A DNA stretch of 64,000 nucleotides from an uncultured Acidobacteriota bacterium (GCA_963814955.1 CAWFEX010000016.1:4105-68104), one strand, 5' to 3'; shown: positions 28,210 through 38,315, numbered from the stretch's first letter. Translations and numbers: made by a program. The notes: generated by a model from the letters alone, not told the origin.

Positions 28210-30444
28210 ATGGGCAACGTGCGCCTGGTGGCCGTCTTTCTGCTCACCGTCGCGGCTGGCCTCGCCTGCCAGCGCACGCCACCGAACTCCGACTTTGCGT
28301 CGGGCGTCCGCGTCGAGACGATCGACGGGGTGGTGCGCTACACCAACCGCCTGATCGCCGAGAAGAGTCCGTACCTGCAGCTTCACGCGCACAACCCTGT
28401 GGATTGGTTTCCGTGGGGAACGGAGGCCTTTGAGAAGGCCGGCCGGGAAGGCAAGGCGATCTTCCTCTCGGTGGGTTACTCGACCTGCCATTGGTGCCAC
28501 GTCATGGAGGCCGAGTCGTTCTCCAACCCGGAGATTGCGGCGTTCATGAACGCGCACTTCGTGTCGATCAAGGTGGACCGCGAGGAACGGCCGGATCTCG
28601 ATCGTCTCTACCAGAATTACGTGATTGGCGTGAGCGAGGGGGGCTGGCCGGCGTCGTTGTTCCTGACGGCCGATCTGAAGCCGTTTTTCGGCGTCAACTA
28701 TCTGCCGCCGGACGACCGCAACGGAGATCCCGGGTTCCAGACGATCCTCGAGCGTGTGGCCACGTTGTGGGAGACCAGGCGCGAGGAGGCGCTGCAGGCA
28801 GCCGAGAGCGGCACTCAGGCGATGATCGCCCGGAGTCAAGCCACCATCGGCGTCGCCGGCAACGAAACAACGGCGCAGCTCCTCGACCAGACGTACGCAG
28901 CGCTGAGCGCGACCTTCGACCCGGCGGAGGGTGGATTCGGCGGCGCGCCGAAGTTCCCGCGCCCGGTGGTTCTCAACTTCCTCCTCCGCTACCACGCACG
29001 GACGGGCACGACCCGGGCCCTCGAGATGGCTCTTAACACCCTGCGCGGGATGGCCAACGGCGGTCTGCACGATCACCTGGGCGGTGGCTTCCATCGGTAT
29101 GCCACAGACCGCCAGTGGCGCGTTCCGCACTTCGAGAAGATGCTCTACGACCAGGCCCAGCTCGCGCTCGCCTACGTCGAAGGCTACCAAGTCAGCAAGG
29201 ATCCGTTCTTCCGTGACGTGGCGCGCGACACGTTGGGCTACGTGATGCGCGACATGCGCGACCGCGAAGGCGGCTTCTATTCAGCCGAGGATGCGGACAG
29301 CCTCGCTACGCAGACCTCGCGGCAAGCAACCGAAGGCGCCTTCTACGTGTGGAGCGCCGAAGAGATTCGTCGCGTCCTGGGCGGCGAGTCGGATCTGTTC
29401 GCCTATCACTACGGCATCGAGCCTGGCGGCAACGTGGCGGCGGACGCCGGAGAACTGAAGGGGCTGAACGTGCTGAGCGTGCAGCATACGATCGCCGCGA
29501 CGGCTGTACGGTTCGGTCGGTCCGAAGCCGACGTCCGCGCGTCGCTCGAGGCCTCGCGCGCGCGGCTGCTCGGCGCACGCTCGGCTCGACCACGCCCCGC
29601 ACGCGACGAGAAAGTGCTGGTGGCCTGGAACGGCCTGATGCTTTCGGCGCTCGCGCGCGCCGGCCAGGTATTCGGTGAAGACACCTACCTCGAGACGGCG
29701 CGGACGGAGGCACAGTTCATCGAGACCCGCCTGTACGACGCGAGCACGGGAACGCTGAAGCGGCGGTACCTGCGCGGCGACGTCGACATCGATGCGCTAC
29801 TCGAGGACTACGCGTTCCTTATTCAGGGCCTGCTCGACCTGTACGAAGCGTCCTTCGAGCCGCGGTGGCTGTCGTGGGCCGTGCGGCTCCAGGCGGTGCA
29901 GGACGAGCTCTTCTGGGACGTTATGGACGGAGGCTACTTCTCCACTCGCGCCGGCGCGCCTCATGTGCTCGCCAGGGCCAAGGTGGAATACGACGGCGCT
30001 GAGCCGTCCGGGAACTCCGTGTCCGCGATGAACCTGCTCCGCCTGTGGCAGTTGACGGACGCGATGTCGTGGCGCGACAAAGCCGACGCGACGTTCCGCG
30101 CGCTCTCGGTGCGCTTCGCCCGCTCCGGCGCGGCGCTGCCACAGTTGGCGGCGGCGCTCGACTACTCGAGCTCGAAGCCGAGGCAAATCGTCATCGCCGG
30201 CAGTCCGGGCGCCGCCGACACACACGCGCTGTTGCGGCTGGTACACGACCGGTTCATCCCGCACAAGATTCTGCTGGTCGCCGACGGCGGCGCCGGCCAG
30301 GCGCAACTGATGTCGCTGGTGCCATTCGTCAAGGGGATGGATCGCCGCGGCGGCCGCGCCACCATCTATGTGTGTGAGAACTACACCTGCCGTTTGCCCA
30401 CGAACGACCTGGCGGTTGCCGCGCGCCTCCTCGACGGGAAGTAG
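28210..30444 (+). CDS. thioredoxin-domain (DUF255) / six-hairpin glycosidase-like protein (YyaL/SSP411 family)
   Basis: Intact 744-aa [42 protein letters not shown] is the DUF255 signature. Lipoprotein-like N-terminus (LTVAAGLAC). Confidence 0.85.
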   Translation: MGNVRLVAVFLLTVAAGLACQRTPPNSDFASGVRVETIDGVVRYTNRLIAEKSPYLQLHAHNPVDWFPWGTEAFEKAGREGKAIFLSVGYSTCHWCHVMEAESFSNPEIAAFMNAHFVSIKVDREERPDLDRLYQNYVIGVSEGGWPASLFLTADLKPFFGVNYLPPDDRNGDPGFQTILERVATLWETRREEALQAAESGTQAMIARSQATIGVAGNETTAQLLDQTYAALSATFDPAEGGFGGAPKFPRPVVLNFLLRYHARTGTTRALEMALNTLRGMANGGLHDHLGGGFHRYATDRQWRVPHFEKMLYDQAQLALAYVEGYQVSKDPFFRDVARDTLGYVMRDMRDREGGFYSAEDADSLATQTSRQATEGAFYVWSAEEIRRVLGGESDLFAYHYGIEPGGNVAADAGELKGLNVLSVQHTIAATAVRFGRSEADVRASLEASRARLLGARSARPRPARDEKVLVAWNGLMLSALARAGQVFGEDTYLETARTEAQFIETRLYDASTGTLKRRYLRGDVDIDALLEDYAFLIQGLLDLYEASFEPRWLSWAVRLQAVQDELFWDVMDGGYFSTRAGAPHVLARAKVEYDGAEPSGNSVSAMNLLRLWQLTDAMSWRDKADATFRALSVRFARSGAALPQLAAALDYSSSKPRQIVIAGSPGAADTHALLRLVHDRFIPHKILLVADGGAGQAQLMSLVPFVKGMDRRGGRATIYVCENYTCRLPTNDLAVAARLLDGK

Positions 30445-30471
30445 CTCGAGGCCTATTTCATCTCGACGGGC

Positions 30472-30495
30472 CACGGAGACACGGAGACACGGAGA
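30472..30495. repeat. octamer tandem repeat CACGGAGA x3
   Basis: Read directly, in the convergent intergenic region 30445-30566. Confidence 0.8.
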
Positions 30496-30566
30496 AAATT
30501 CCTTTTACGTGAACTCCGGGTCTCTTGCCTCTGTGCCTGTCTGAGTGAAAAGAGCTCGATCCAGAT

Positions 30567-31280
30567 CTAGGCCGCAATCCCCACCGTGAACGTCGCGTTG
30601 TAGCCGTTCGTCGGATCGCCCGCCACGCTGGCCATCTCTGACGTCACGCTGTCGGCAAAGACCATGTCGCGAGTGTTGCTGGTCGGGTTCTGGCCCTTCG
30701 CGGCGTAAACGCCTGTGGCGTACAACGCTGCAGTGATGTTCTCCGGAAACGCGATCTGCGTGACTTTCACAGATCTGCCGTTCATGGCGACGTCCACGTG
30801 GATGTGCGTGGCGCGCCCCATGTACCACCCTGGGTAGATCGTCGTAAACGTGACCCGGCCGGCGGCGTCGGTCGTCTGAATGCCGCGCAGATACGTTTCC
30901 GATTGGCCGTTGTAGCCCGGCTGCGGGTACTGCGAGTAATGGCCATCGGCGTCGCACTGCCAGATCTCCACGCTCGCGCCGGCCACGGGGCTGCACCCGC
31001 TGCTGACGTTGACGACAGTGATCGTGAGCGACAACCTCGTGCCGCTTTTCCCCTCGCGAATATCGCTCCGGAAGAGGTCGGTCAGCGACGGATAGGGACC
31101 GACCGTCTCGGACGGCGACACCACACACGCGGCGTTCGTACCCGTCGTTGCGGCCGACGCGGCAGCAGCTTCCACCGAGCTTGGGCTCGTCGGCGTGTCG
31201 CCGCATCCAATGAAGGGAAGCGCCGCGCCCGTGACACCCAGCACGCTCAGCGCTTCGCGGCGGGTCAGTTTCTTTTTCAT
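30567..31280 (-). CDS. intradiol ring-cleavage dioxygenase family protein with Tat/lipoprotein-type signal
   Basis: Intact 237-aa ORF. MKKKLTRREALSVLGVTGAALPFIGC (RR motif plus lipobox) and the TIYPGWYMGRATHIHVDV iron-ligand region. Confidence 0.8.
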   Translation of the reverse strand: MKKKLTRREALSVLGVTGAALPFIGCGDTPTSPSSVEAAAASAATTGTNAACVVSPSETVGPYPSLTDLFRSDIREGKSGTRLSLTITVVNVSSGCSPVAGASVEIWQCDADGHYSQYPQPGYNGQSETYLRGIQTTDAAGRVTFTTIYPGWYMGRATHIHVDVAMNGRSVKVTQIAFPENITAALYATGVYAAKGQNPTSNTRDMVFADSVTSEMASVAGDPTNGYNATFTVGIAA

Positions 31281-31429
31281 CGTTCCTGCCTCCGTAACGG
31301 GTTGATTTCACTGCAAATGTGTTGACCGCCCGTTGCGGAGGTACGAAAAGAGTATGGCGCGCTGTAACGGAAGCTCCACGAAGCTGTCATAGTTTCGCAG
31401 TACTTCTTGGCTTGAATGCAGGGTGTCAG

Positions 31430-32887
31430 ATGAAGGGTCCGGCACGCCGCCGTCTTTCCGCCTGGTATGGCAGCTTTTACTGGCGAATCGGCGTCAGCTT
31501 CATTGTTTTTCTGATTGTCGTCCTCGTCGCGCAGAGCTTGATGTTCAGCTACATGCTGATGCGATCGAGCGAGCAGAATCCGTCCCGTTCTCCGAACAAC
31601 ATCGCCACGGCCGTCGCCGTCGATCTCGGATCGGCGCTCGAGATGAACCGTGGCCTGGACCTCGGCAGATATCTCATGGCTCGCTACGGCGGCGACCCCA
31701 TGGTGCGCGTGTTCGTCATCATGCGCGACGGGAGGATCGCAGCCAATTCGGAGCGGAGGCTGCCGGATGACATCCGGCGGTCGGCGGAACTGGTTCTCGA
31801 GCGCACCAATGTGCGACAGAGCGCGGCGCCGCGGCTCAGCGGACCGGTGGTGACAGCTCCCATTCAAATCGGCAACGAGCTGCAGGGGCTCGTCGTGCTG
31901 CCCCCGCCGCCACCCGGCGGCATCATGCGTGAAGTCGGCGGGCTGCTGTCGTTGCCCGGGACCATCGTGCTCATCGCCGCCACCGTCGCCGCCGTCGTCG
32001 TCATCTTTGCTCCGGCCCGGCGGAGGCTCGCCGCGCTGGAAGAGGCCGCTGAACGGCTTGGAGGAGGAGATTTGACGTCGCGAGCGCCCGACAGCGGCAA
32101 CGACGAGATCGCGCGCGTGTCGCGTGCCTTCAACAGGATGGCCGACGATCTCGCCTCACGCGACGAGGCATTGCGGACCTCGGATCGGCTGCGGCGCCAG
32201 ATGCTCGCTGACGTCTCGCACGAGTTGAAGACGCCGCTGACGGCGATGCGCGGCTACGTCGAGACGCTGCGGATGCCGGAGGTGGCGCTCGACGAGGATC
32301 GGCGCGACAGGTATCTGGAGACCATCGAGTCCGAGACGTTGCGCCTGGATCGCATCGTCAAGGATCTCCTCGCGCTGGCGCGCTACGAAAACAACGTCGT
32401 GCCCATCGAGACGCGGGTCTTCGACATCGGGCGGGTGTTCCACCACGTCATCCGCCGGCACGAACACGAGACGCAGAAGCGGGATGTCGCTGTCGCGGTA
32501 GAGGTGGAGCCAGCCGCGGATCAGATTGTCGGAGACCCCGACCGCCTCGACCAGGTCATGGAGAATCTCGTGACCAACGCCATACGTCATACGCCTGACG
32601 GTGGCCGGATCGAGCTTCGGGCTGCGGTCGTCGACGGGTCGGCCGTCCTGTCGGTCGCTGACTCCGGTGAGGGCATCGCACCCGAACACCTCGCGCACGT
32701 CTTCGATCGCTTCTATAAAGTGGACCCGGCTCGCGTGGCCGGAGGAGCAGGAAGCGGGCTCGGACTGTCGATTGCCAAAGCCATCGTGGTGCGCCACGGC
32801 GGGACGATTACGGTTGCGAGCGCTCCGGGCCACACGCGATTCACGATCACGCTTCCGCAGCCGCCTCAGTCGTCGACGAACTTGTAG
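31430..32887 (+). CDS. sensor histidine kinase (2 TM, HAMP, HisKA, HATPase_c)
   Basis: ATG at 31430. H-box MLADVSHELKTPLTAMRGY, N-box ENLVTNAIRHTP, G-boxes DSGEGI / GSGLGLSIAK. Confidence 0.9.
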   Translation: MKGPARRRLSAWYGSFYWRIGVSFIVFLIVVLVAQSLMFSYMLMRSSEQNPSRSPNNIATAVAVDLGSALEMNRGLDLGRYLMARYGGDPMVRVFVIMRDGRIAANSERRLPDDIRRSAELVLERTNVRQSAAPRLSGPVVTAPIQIGNELQGLVVLPPPPPGGIMREVGGLLSLPGTIVLIAATVAAVVVIFAPARRRLAALEEAAERLGGGDLTSRAPDSGNDEIARVSRAFNRMADDLASRDEALRTSDRLRRQMLADVSHELKTPLTAMRGYVETLRMPEVALDEDRRDRYLETIESETLRLDRIVKDLLALARYENNVVPIETRVFDIGRVFHHVIRRHEHETQKRDVAVAVEVEPAADQIVGDPDRLDQVMENLVTNAIRHTPDGGRIELRAAVVDGSAVLSVADSGEGIAPEHLAHVFDRFYKVDPARVAGGAGSGLGLSIAKAIVVRHGGTITVASAPGHTRFTITLPQPPQSSTNL

Positions 32888-33579
32888 CCGACGCCCCAGG
32901 CGGTGAGAATCAGCTCGGGATCCTGCGGGTCGCGCTCGATCTTGCGGCGAAGCCGGCTGATCACCGTATCGACGGTGCGTTCGGTCACGTACGTGTCGTC
33001 GCTCCACACGTTTTGCAGCAGCGCGGCGCGGCTGTAGACGATCCCGGGCCGCCTGGCGAGCTGGTACAGCAAGTCGAACTCCTGACGCGTCAGCTCGACG
33101 GGAGCACCACGCACGATTGCCTCCCGCCGTTCGGGGTCGAGCTCCACGCTCGCCACCGATGTGCGGCCTGCGACCCGCGCCGGATGATCCTCTTCACGCT
33201 GGTGCCGGCGCATGATGGCGCCAACGCGCGCGAGGAGCTCCCGGATTCCAAATGGCTTGGTCAGGTAGTCGTCTGCGCCGCTTTCGAGGCCGAGGACCTT
33301 GTCAGACTCGGTATCGCGCGCGGTCAGCATCAGGACAGGCGTGTGGCGATTGGGGCCGTCGGCTCGAATGGCCCGGCACAGCGACACGCCGTCGATCCCT
33401 GGAAGCATGACATCGAGAATGACGAGGTTGAAGGCGCGCTCGCGGAGACGGCGCAGCGCGTCGCGGCCGTCGGCGGATTCCTCGATCTCGAAACCGGCGA
33501 GGTCGAGATGCAGACGCAACAGCTCGCGCACGGACAACTCGTCCTCGACGACAAGTACGCGTCGCGTACCGCTTGTCAT
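32866..33579 (-). CDS. OmpR-family response regulator
   Basis: ATG at 33579. VLVVEDELSVRELL..LVILDVMLPGIDG..LTARDTESDKVLGLESGADDYLTKPF, and a winged-helix C-terminus TVDTVISRLRRKIE..GVGYKF. The 3' end overlaps the kinase 3' end by 22 nt (convergent). Confidence 0.9.
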   Translation of the reverse strand: MTSGTRRVLVVEDELSVRELLRLHLDLAGFEIEESADGRDALRRLRERAFNLVILDVMLPGIDGVSLCRAIRADGPNRHTPVLMLTARDTESDKVLGLESGADDYLTKPFGIRELLARVGAIMRRHQREEDHPARVAGRTSVASVELDPERREAIVRGAPVELTRQEFDLLYQLARRPGIVYSRAALLQNVWSDDTYVTERTVDTVISRLRRKIERDPQDPELILTAWGVGYKFVDD

Positions 33580-33598
33580 GGCAACAAACCGACGGCGT

Positions 33599-33733
33599 TC
33601 ACGTTTCCTGGTTGGCGTTATCCGGGGCTGGTGTGCCGTCGGTCGGCGTCCGGCTCCGCGCGGCGGGAAATCGGCCGGCACTCGTGCTCTTCCGCGTCCA
33701 CCGCGAGTAGTAGCTGATGCTCAGGACGGACAT
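33599..33733 (-). other. candidate 44-codon small ORF upstream of the response regulator
   Basis: AGGAGG lies 11 nt upstream of ATG 33733. Sequence MSVLSISYYSRWTRKSTSAGRFPAARSRTPTDGTPAPDNANQET. Strong GC3 bias; the stop is 19 nt before the regulator ATG. No homology recognised. Confidence 0.3.
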
Positions 33734-34297
33734 CGCGGCATGCACCTCCTGGAATAATTCGCGCCATTCGGATCGCGCAGACCGAACTCGCGGTGAGGAA
33801 TCGTGCCGCCCGATTTCCGGCTGCGCAGTGCGGCGCCGCGCTTCGAACGGCCGCCGCCGTCGGCACACCAGCCCCGTCGGCAGTTCGACGGTCTGGAGGT
33901 TCGACCTGACAACGTCGCCACCGGCTCCTCATCGGTCCTGTCTCTTTAATCCTCGAGACAGTTGTGTTGACGCGGGTGCGGCGCGAAGCCGTTCGGAGGT
34001 CGCCGATTCCGATCGCCCGACCGCGCGAGAAGACTCAGGGAATCAGGCCAGCTCACGGAGCTGGCCGGCCAGCGGCCGACAGCGTCCTCGCAGCGCGGTC
34101 CGGCGACCGGAGCCGGATTCGCGCCACACCCGCGTCTACACAACCGCCGTCAGGAACGTCAGGGATTGGTCACGTCACGACGCCGTACGGCCGTAGTCAC
34201 CCCGCACGGCTGCGTGCGCCATCAACGCGAAAGCGGAATGATCGCACCCAGAACCGAACCTGAACACGAACGGAGAAGTGTGAACGATTCGGCTTTT

Positions 34298-36580
34298 CTA
34301 TCTCGTCGCCGTCGCCGCCGTTGTCAACCGTACCGGTTGGACCATCGCGCCGTTGCCTGCCGTGTCCCACGCCGCGAATCGGACCCATTTCTTGCCGGTG
34401 GCGTCGAATGGAATCTCGAAGCGCTTGCGCCCGAGCGGCGTCAGGTCGGTCGCGGGAATGATCTGGCGATCGATCTTCGCGCCATCGCCCCAGACCACCT
34501 CGACGAACTCGAGCGGGAACGTCCACTCGAGATCGGCAACGATCGTTCGCTTCGCGCCGGCGCCCTGGACCGCGTAGTTCGAGATCAGCACCTCGCCTGA
34601 GGTCCAGAAATAATCGCCGCGCTTGATGGAGTCGATGATCGGATCCCAGTTGCCGCTGCTGGCGAGCGGCAGCGTGTCCAGCTTCACGTACTGCACCGGG
34701 CTGTTCGCGTAGAAGTCGTCGCCCGGTCCCTGCTCGTAGGTTTCGGTGATCGCCTGGACGTACTTCAGCTGTCCCGGCTTGTCGGCCATCCAGTTGTTCA
34801 TCTCGTCCAGGAGCGTCTGGCAGCGGATCTCGCAGAGGCGCTGCTCAGAGCCGTCCAGGCCCATGCCCCAACGCATGCCGATACCGCGGTAGTTGTCGTC
34901 CTGGAAGTAACCGCGATCCTTGATGGCGTCGGGATAGCCGGTGGAGCCCTTCGACCGCGGATGCGGCATGTAGATGAGGAGGTTCTCGCGGCGGACCATA
35001 TCCATCATCTCGTCCGGTCCCGCAATCCGATAGACCTTTCCGTAGGTCGGGTGGTTTTCGACGAACGGCTGATCCGGCTTGCGGTCCGGCAGCCAGTACA
35101 CCGGCTTGGAGACGAGCAGATCGTTGTGGCCACCGATGCCCCCGGCGGCCCCTTCTTCGTTCGGCATGATCAGAAAGTTCTTGTCCGAATGGCGCTTCGC
35201 CACTTCGTAGTAATCGGAGAGCGTCTTCAAACGGTCTTCGCGCGGAAGACCGAAGCCGAGACCGCTGCCGTCAATCGGCGCGAAGATGTTGACGCCCGCC
35301 GCCTTCACGACGTCGAAGTCGTGGAGGCGCACGTCGAGGCTTCCACCCTGCCGCCGCAACCTGCCCACCAGCGCGGCGTGGAAGTGGGTGGCCATCACCT
35401 GATAGCCCGGCAGCGGCTTGAACTTGTCGTCACGGGTGAACGCCAGCGCCCCTCTCGCGGCGCCGTCGGCCGGTGTCGCGCTGACGTACAGGTAGATCGG
35501 CATGCGCTGCCAGGTGCCTGGTCGCGCACTGCGCAGCGCGAAATTCTGCCGTGTGTCCTCCGCGCCGCGCCCCATATCTTCGGGGTTCGATTCCGCTTCG
35601 GGCTGCCTCACACCGAAGGAAAAGCTCGACGCCCCATCCTTGCGGTAATAGACATACCCCTGGTTGAACGAGACCTCGCGCGACCAGAAGAAGTTGTGCG
35701 GAGGCGGGAACGCGGCGATCGACCCACCGGCGCTCTCGGCCACGACGAGCCGATTCTGCGCGCGGAGCGGCACGATATCGGTGTTCGCGGCGCCGCCAAA
35801 GCGGTAATCCTGCCAGATGTTCGACACGTCGCGCCAGGCAACGCGCGATGCACCGTCGATTCGCAGCCCCTTGAGTCCCGCTTCGTACTTGTATGCCACC
35901 GAATCGACGTCGGTCTTCGCGATGACCTCCTGCTCGATCATGTTCGTGCCTTTGTAGATCGAGTACTGCAGGCGGCCGTTGAACACTCCCAGCTGGACTC
36001 CATCGAAGCTGACCTCGAGGCGCGCCCCGTTCGTCTTGACGTCACACCCGCGTGCGGCGTACGTGGCAGTCGCGCGCTTGATCTCCTCCGGCTTTCGCGG
36101 CAGACCCGGTTGATCGAGCAGGCCCTTTGGTGGAGGAATCGCGTTCATCCGCGTGTTTTCCAGCGGCTCGGTGTTGAGCGGCGCGTCCCAGAACGCGTCC
36201 CACTTGATGCTGTCGACGAGCTCCTTCGTCAGTTCGACCTTCAGCCCGCGAAGCGGCTGCAGCTGCTGCTCAGTGACACGGCGGACGCCGCTGACCACGC
36301 GATACTCCGGCGTGACGCCCGTGGCGACGACCTTCCAGTCGCCGCGCTGCGGCCGCACCGCGAGTTCCGCAATCGTGGGGACGCCGCTCATGACGGTCAT
36401 CCGGAGCCTGACCTGTTGTCCGGTATCGCCATCCCACGTGACCGTCAACGCATCGTTGGCGGTCGCGGCGGTAAGGCCCGGAGCCGGACGGTAGTCGGCC
36501 AGATTGCAGGTGAGCGGATCGGCTGATGCCGCAGCAGACGTCAACAGCAGCATGGCGACTGTCGCGAAGGGTGCTCTCAT
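34298..36580 (-). CDS. large exported hypothetical protein
   Basis: Intact 760-aa ORF with ATG start and signal MRAPFATVAMLLLTSAAASA. Family not recognised. Confidence 0.6.
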   Translation of the reverse strand: MRAPFATVAMLLLTSAAASADPLTCNLADYRPAPGLTAATANDALTVTWDGDTGQQVRLRMTVMSGVPTIAELAVRPQRGDWKVVATGVTPEYRVVSGVRRVTEQQLQPLRGLKVELTKELVDSIKWDAFWDAPLNTEPLENTRMNAIPPPKGLLDQPGLPRKPEEIKRATATYAARGCDVKTNGARLEVSFDGVQLGVFNGRLQYSIYKGTNMIEQEVIAKTDVDSVAYKYEAGLKGLRIDGASRVAWRDVSNIWQDYRFGGAANTDIVPLRAQNRLVVAESAGGSIAAFPPPHNFFWSREVSFNQGYVYYRKDGASSFSFGVRQPEAESNPEDMGRGAEDTRQNFALRSARPGTWQRMPIYLYVSATPADGAARGALAFTRDDKFKPLPGYQVMATHFHAALVGRLRRQGGSLDVRLHDFDVVKAAGVNIFAPIDGSGLGFGLPREDRLKTLSDYYEVAKRHSDKNFLIMPNEEGAAGGIGGHNDLLVSKPVYWLPDRKPDQPFVENHPTYGKVYRIAGPDEMMDMVRRENLLIYMPHPRSKGSTGYPDAIKDRGYFQDDNYRGIGMRWGMGLDGSEQRLCEIRCQTLLDEMNNWMADKPGQLKYVQAITETYEQGPGDDFYANSPVQYVKLDTLPLASSGNWDPIIDSIKRGDYFWTSGEVLISNYAVQGAGAKRTIVADLEWTFPLEFVEVVWGDGAKIDRQIIPATDLTPLGRKRFEIPFDATGKKWVRFAAWDTAGNGAMVQPVRLTTAATATR

Positions 36581-36596
36581 GAGAATCTCCGGGTCG

Positions 36597-36652
36597 AAAG
36601 GTCAAAGGAGAAAGGTCAAAGGTCAAAGGTCAAAAGTCAAAGGTCAAAGGTG
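36597..36652. repeat. heptamer tandem repeat AAAGGTC x8
   Basis: aaaggtc aaaggag aaaggtc x3 aaaagtc aaaggtc aaaggtg. It fills nearly the whole gap between the stop at 36654 and the start at 36580. Confidence 0.9.
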
Positions 36653-36653
36653 T

Positions 36654-38207
36654 TTACCGCGTCGTCGTGATGACCTCGTCTGCTACGCACGCGAAGCTGG
36701 CTTCGTCGTTGGTGCTGCCCGTTCCGTTCCAGCGCGCGACCTGGCCGAACGGGCACAGTGGACGCGTGCGCTCCACTTTGCCGTCCCTCACTCGCGAGGC
36801 CACGATACGCGCTGGTTTCCGGCCCTGCTCGACCCACTGTTCGATGGTTGCCATCCGATCGAATCGGTCCGGGCCGGGTCCACCCTGGCAGTGGTAGACG
36901 CCTGGCAGCATGAACAGCGCGATCGAGTTTTCGGCCTGCTGTCCGACTGTCGTCAGCACGTTATTGAAGTAAATGGTGCTGTTCTGCGGTGTCACCTGCG
37001 GATCGGCCCACCCGTGCCACATCAGCAGCTTGCCTCCGCGATCGAAGAACGGTTTCAGGTTGGCGTTGTCCGATGCCAGCAGACCGTTGTCGGAGCGGAC
37101 GACTGCGTCCATCTCCGAGGCGACATTGAACTGAGCGGGATTCCACGCACTATTGAAGGCAATGTTCTTCAGGGCGGTCACCGCGTTGTTGAGGGGTTCG
37201 GGGCCGCCGATGGTGTCCCATTCGAGTTCAGCCCCCGGCCAGAGATGGCCTTCGAACAGCACCGCGCCCGTTGCCGGGTTCTTCACCGGAGAGAGCATCG
37301 CTTTCGCGGACTCAACCTGCGGCGCTGTCAGGCACGACGGGCTGTCGCCCTGCCTGCACGCGAGCACCTGCGGGTCGAACGTACACTTCGTCGGGTTCTC
37401 GAGCACGCCGTCCTTCACACCATCGAGGGCATCGCACGCCTGCAGCACGGCCTCGTGAATCATCGGATACTTCGATGCAGGAATGGCGCTCTCCGGCGTA
37501 CGATTCATGATCCGGTTCACCGCCAGCCGTGCCCCGTGCATGCGCATGGAGTTCCAGGCCGATGCACCCGCGACGATCCCGTCGAAATCCTGGGGGTATC
37601 GCTGTGCGCTCGTGATCCCTTGACGGCCGCCCTGCGAGCATCCATTGAAATACGAGAATCGCGGCGCGGAGCCATAGAACGCCGGGACGACGGCTTTTGC
37701 CGTCACCGTCATCTCGTGAATCGCGCGGTACGCGAAATCAATCAGCTTTTCGGGATGACCGGGGATGAAGTCGGCGTTGTTGCCGACATGACCGGTGTCG
37801 GTGCCCACGGTCGCATAACCTGCGGCGACTGCGGCCGCCAGCGCTGCGTAGGGGATCGTGCCTGCCATGCCGCCATTGCCGACCGCCTGCAGCTTTCCAT
37901 TCCACCCTGACGCCGGGAGCCACACTTCGACCTTGATGTCCGAATCGCGGCTCGGGGTCAGTGTCGCGGCCACACGGCAGAACGCCGGGAGGCTCGCATA
38001 GATCTGGGCCGCCGCGTTCGCCGGCGGCGCGCCGGGCGGCGCGAATCGACCGGCAGCGACTGACTGTGCCGTCGTCACTTTTGCGTCGGCGAGTGTGAGG
38101 TTCAGAAGCTCCTCACACGAAGCGGCCTGCACAGGAGACGGAAAGGAAGCCGATACGACCGCACTGAGCAACGCGACTGCGAACGTCGTTTTCACGACGG
38201 CCTCCAT
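36654..38207 (-). CDS. exported tannase/feruloyl esterase family alpha/beta hydrolase
   Basis: Intact 517-aa ORF with a signal peptide. YFNGCSQGGRQG catalytic-serine motif and conserved Cys pattern typical of the tannase/feruloyl esterase family. Confidence 0.85.
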   Translation of the reverse strand: MEAVVKTTFAVALLSAVVSASFPSPVQAASCEELLNLTLADAKVTTAQSVAAGRFAPPGAPPANAAAQIYASLPAFCRVAATLTPSRDSDIKVEVWLPASGWNGKLQAVGNGGMAGTIPYAALAAAVAAGYATVGTDTGHVGNNADFIPGHPEKLIDFAYRAIHEMTVTAKAVVPAFYGSAPRFSYFNGCSQGGRQGITSAQRYPQDFDGIVAGASAWNSMRMHGARLAVNRIMNRTPESAIPASKYPMIHEAVLQACDALDGVKDGVLENPTKCTFDPQVLACRQGDSPSCLTAPQVESAKAMLSPVKNPATGAVLFEGHLWPGAELEWDTIGGPEPLNNAVTALKNIAFNSAWNPAQFNVASEMDAVVRSDNGLLASDNANLKPFFDRGGKLLMWHGWADPQVTPQNSTIYFNNVLTTVGQQAENSIALFMLPGVYHCQGGPGPDRFDRMATIEQWVEQGRKPARIVASRVRDGKVERTRPLCPFGQVARWNGTGSTNDEASFACVADEVITTTR

Positions 38208-38217
38208 GTCTGTGGAA

Positions 38218-38315
38218 GGCGGGTCCTTGGGACCCGCCCGTATGGGGAACCGCCGGGTCCAAAAGGACCCGGCCTGCAGAGAGGGTGCCGCCGGGTCCCG
38301 AAGGACCCGGCCTAC
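38218..38315. repeat. three tandem REP-like hairpins (GGGTCC...GGACCC stems)
   Basis: GGCGGGTCC-TTGG-GACCCGCC 38218-38238; GCCGGGTCC-AAAA-GGACCCGGC 38252-38273; GCCGGGTCCC-GAAG-GACCCGGC 38290-38311 plus CTAC 38312-38315. Confidence 0.8.

Noticed and set aside
33885-33915. GGTTCGACC-containing stretch as a possible tRNA T-arm, and the gene-free region as a tRNA locus.
   Set aside because: No complementary T-stem, acceptor stem or anticodon arm can be drawn around it by eye. A tRNAscan-type search would be needed to be certain.
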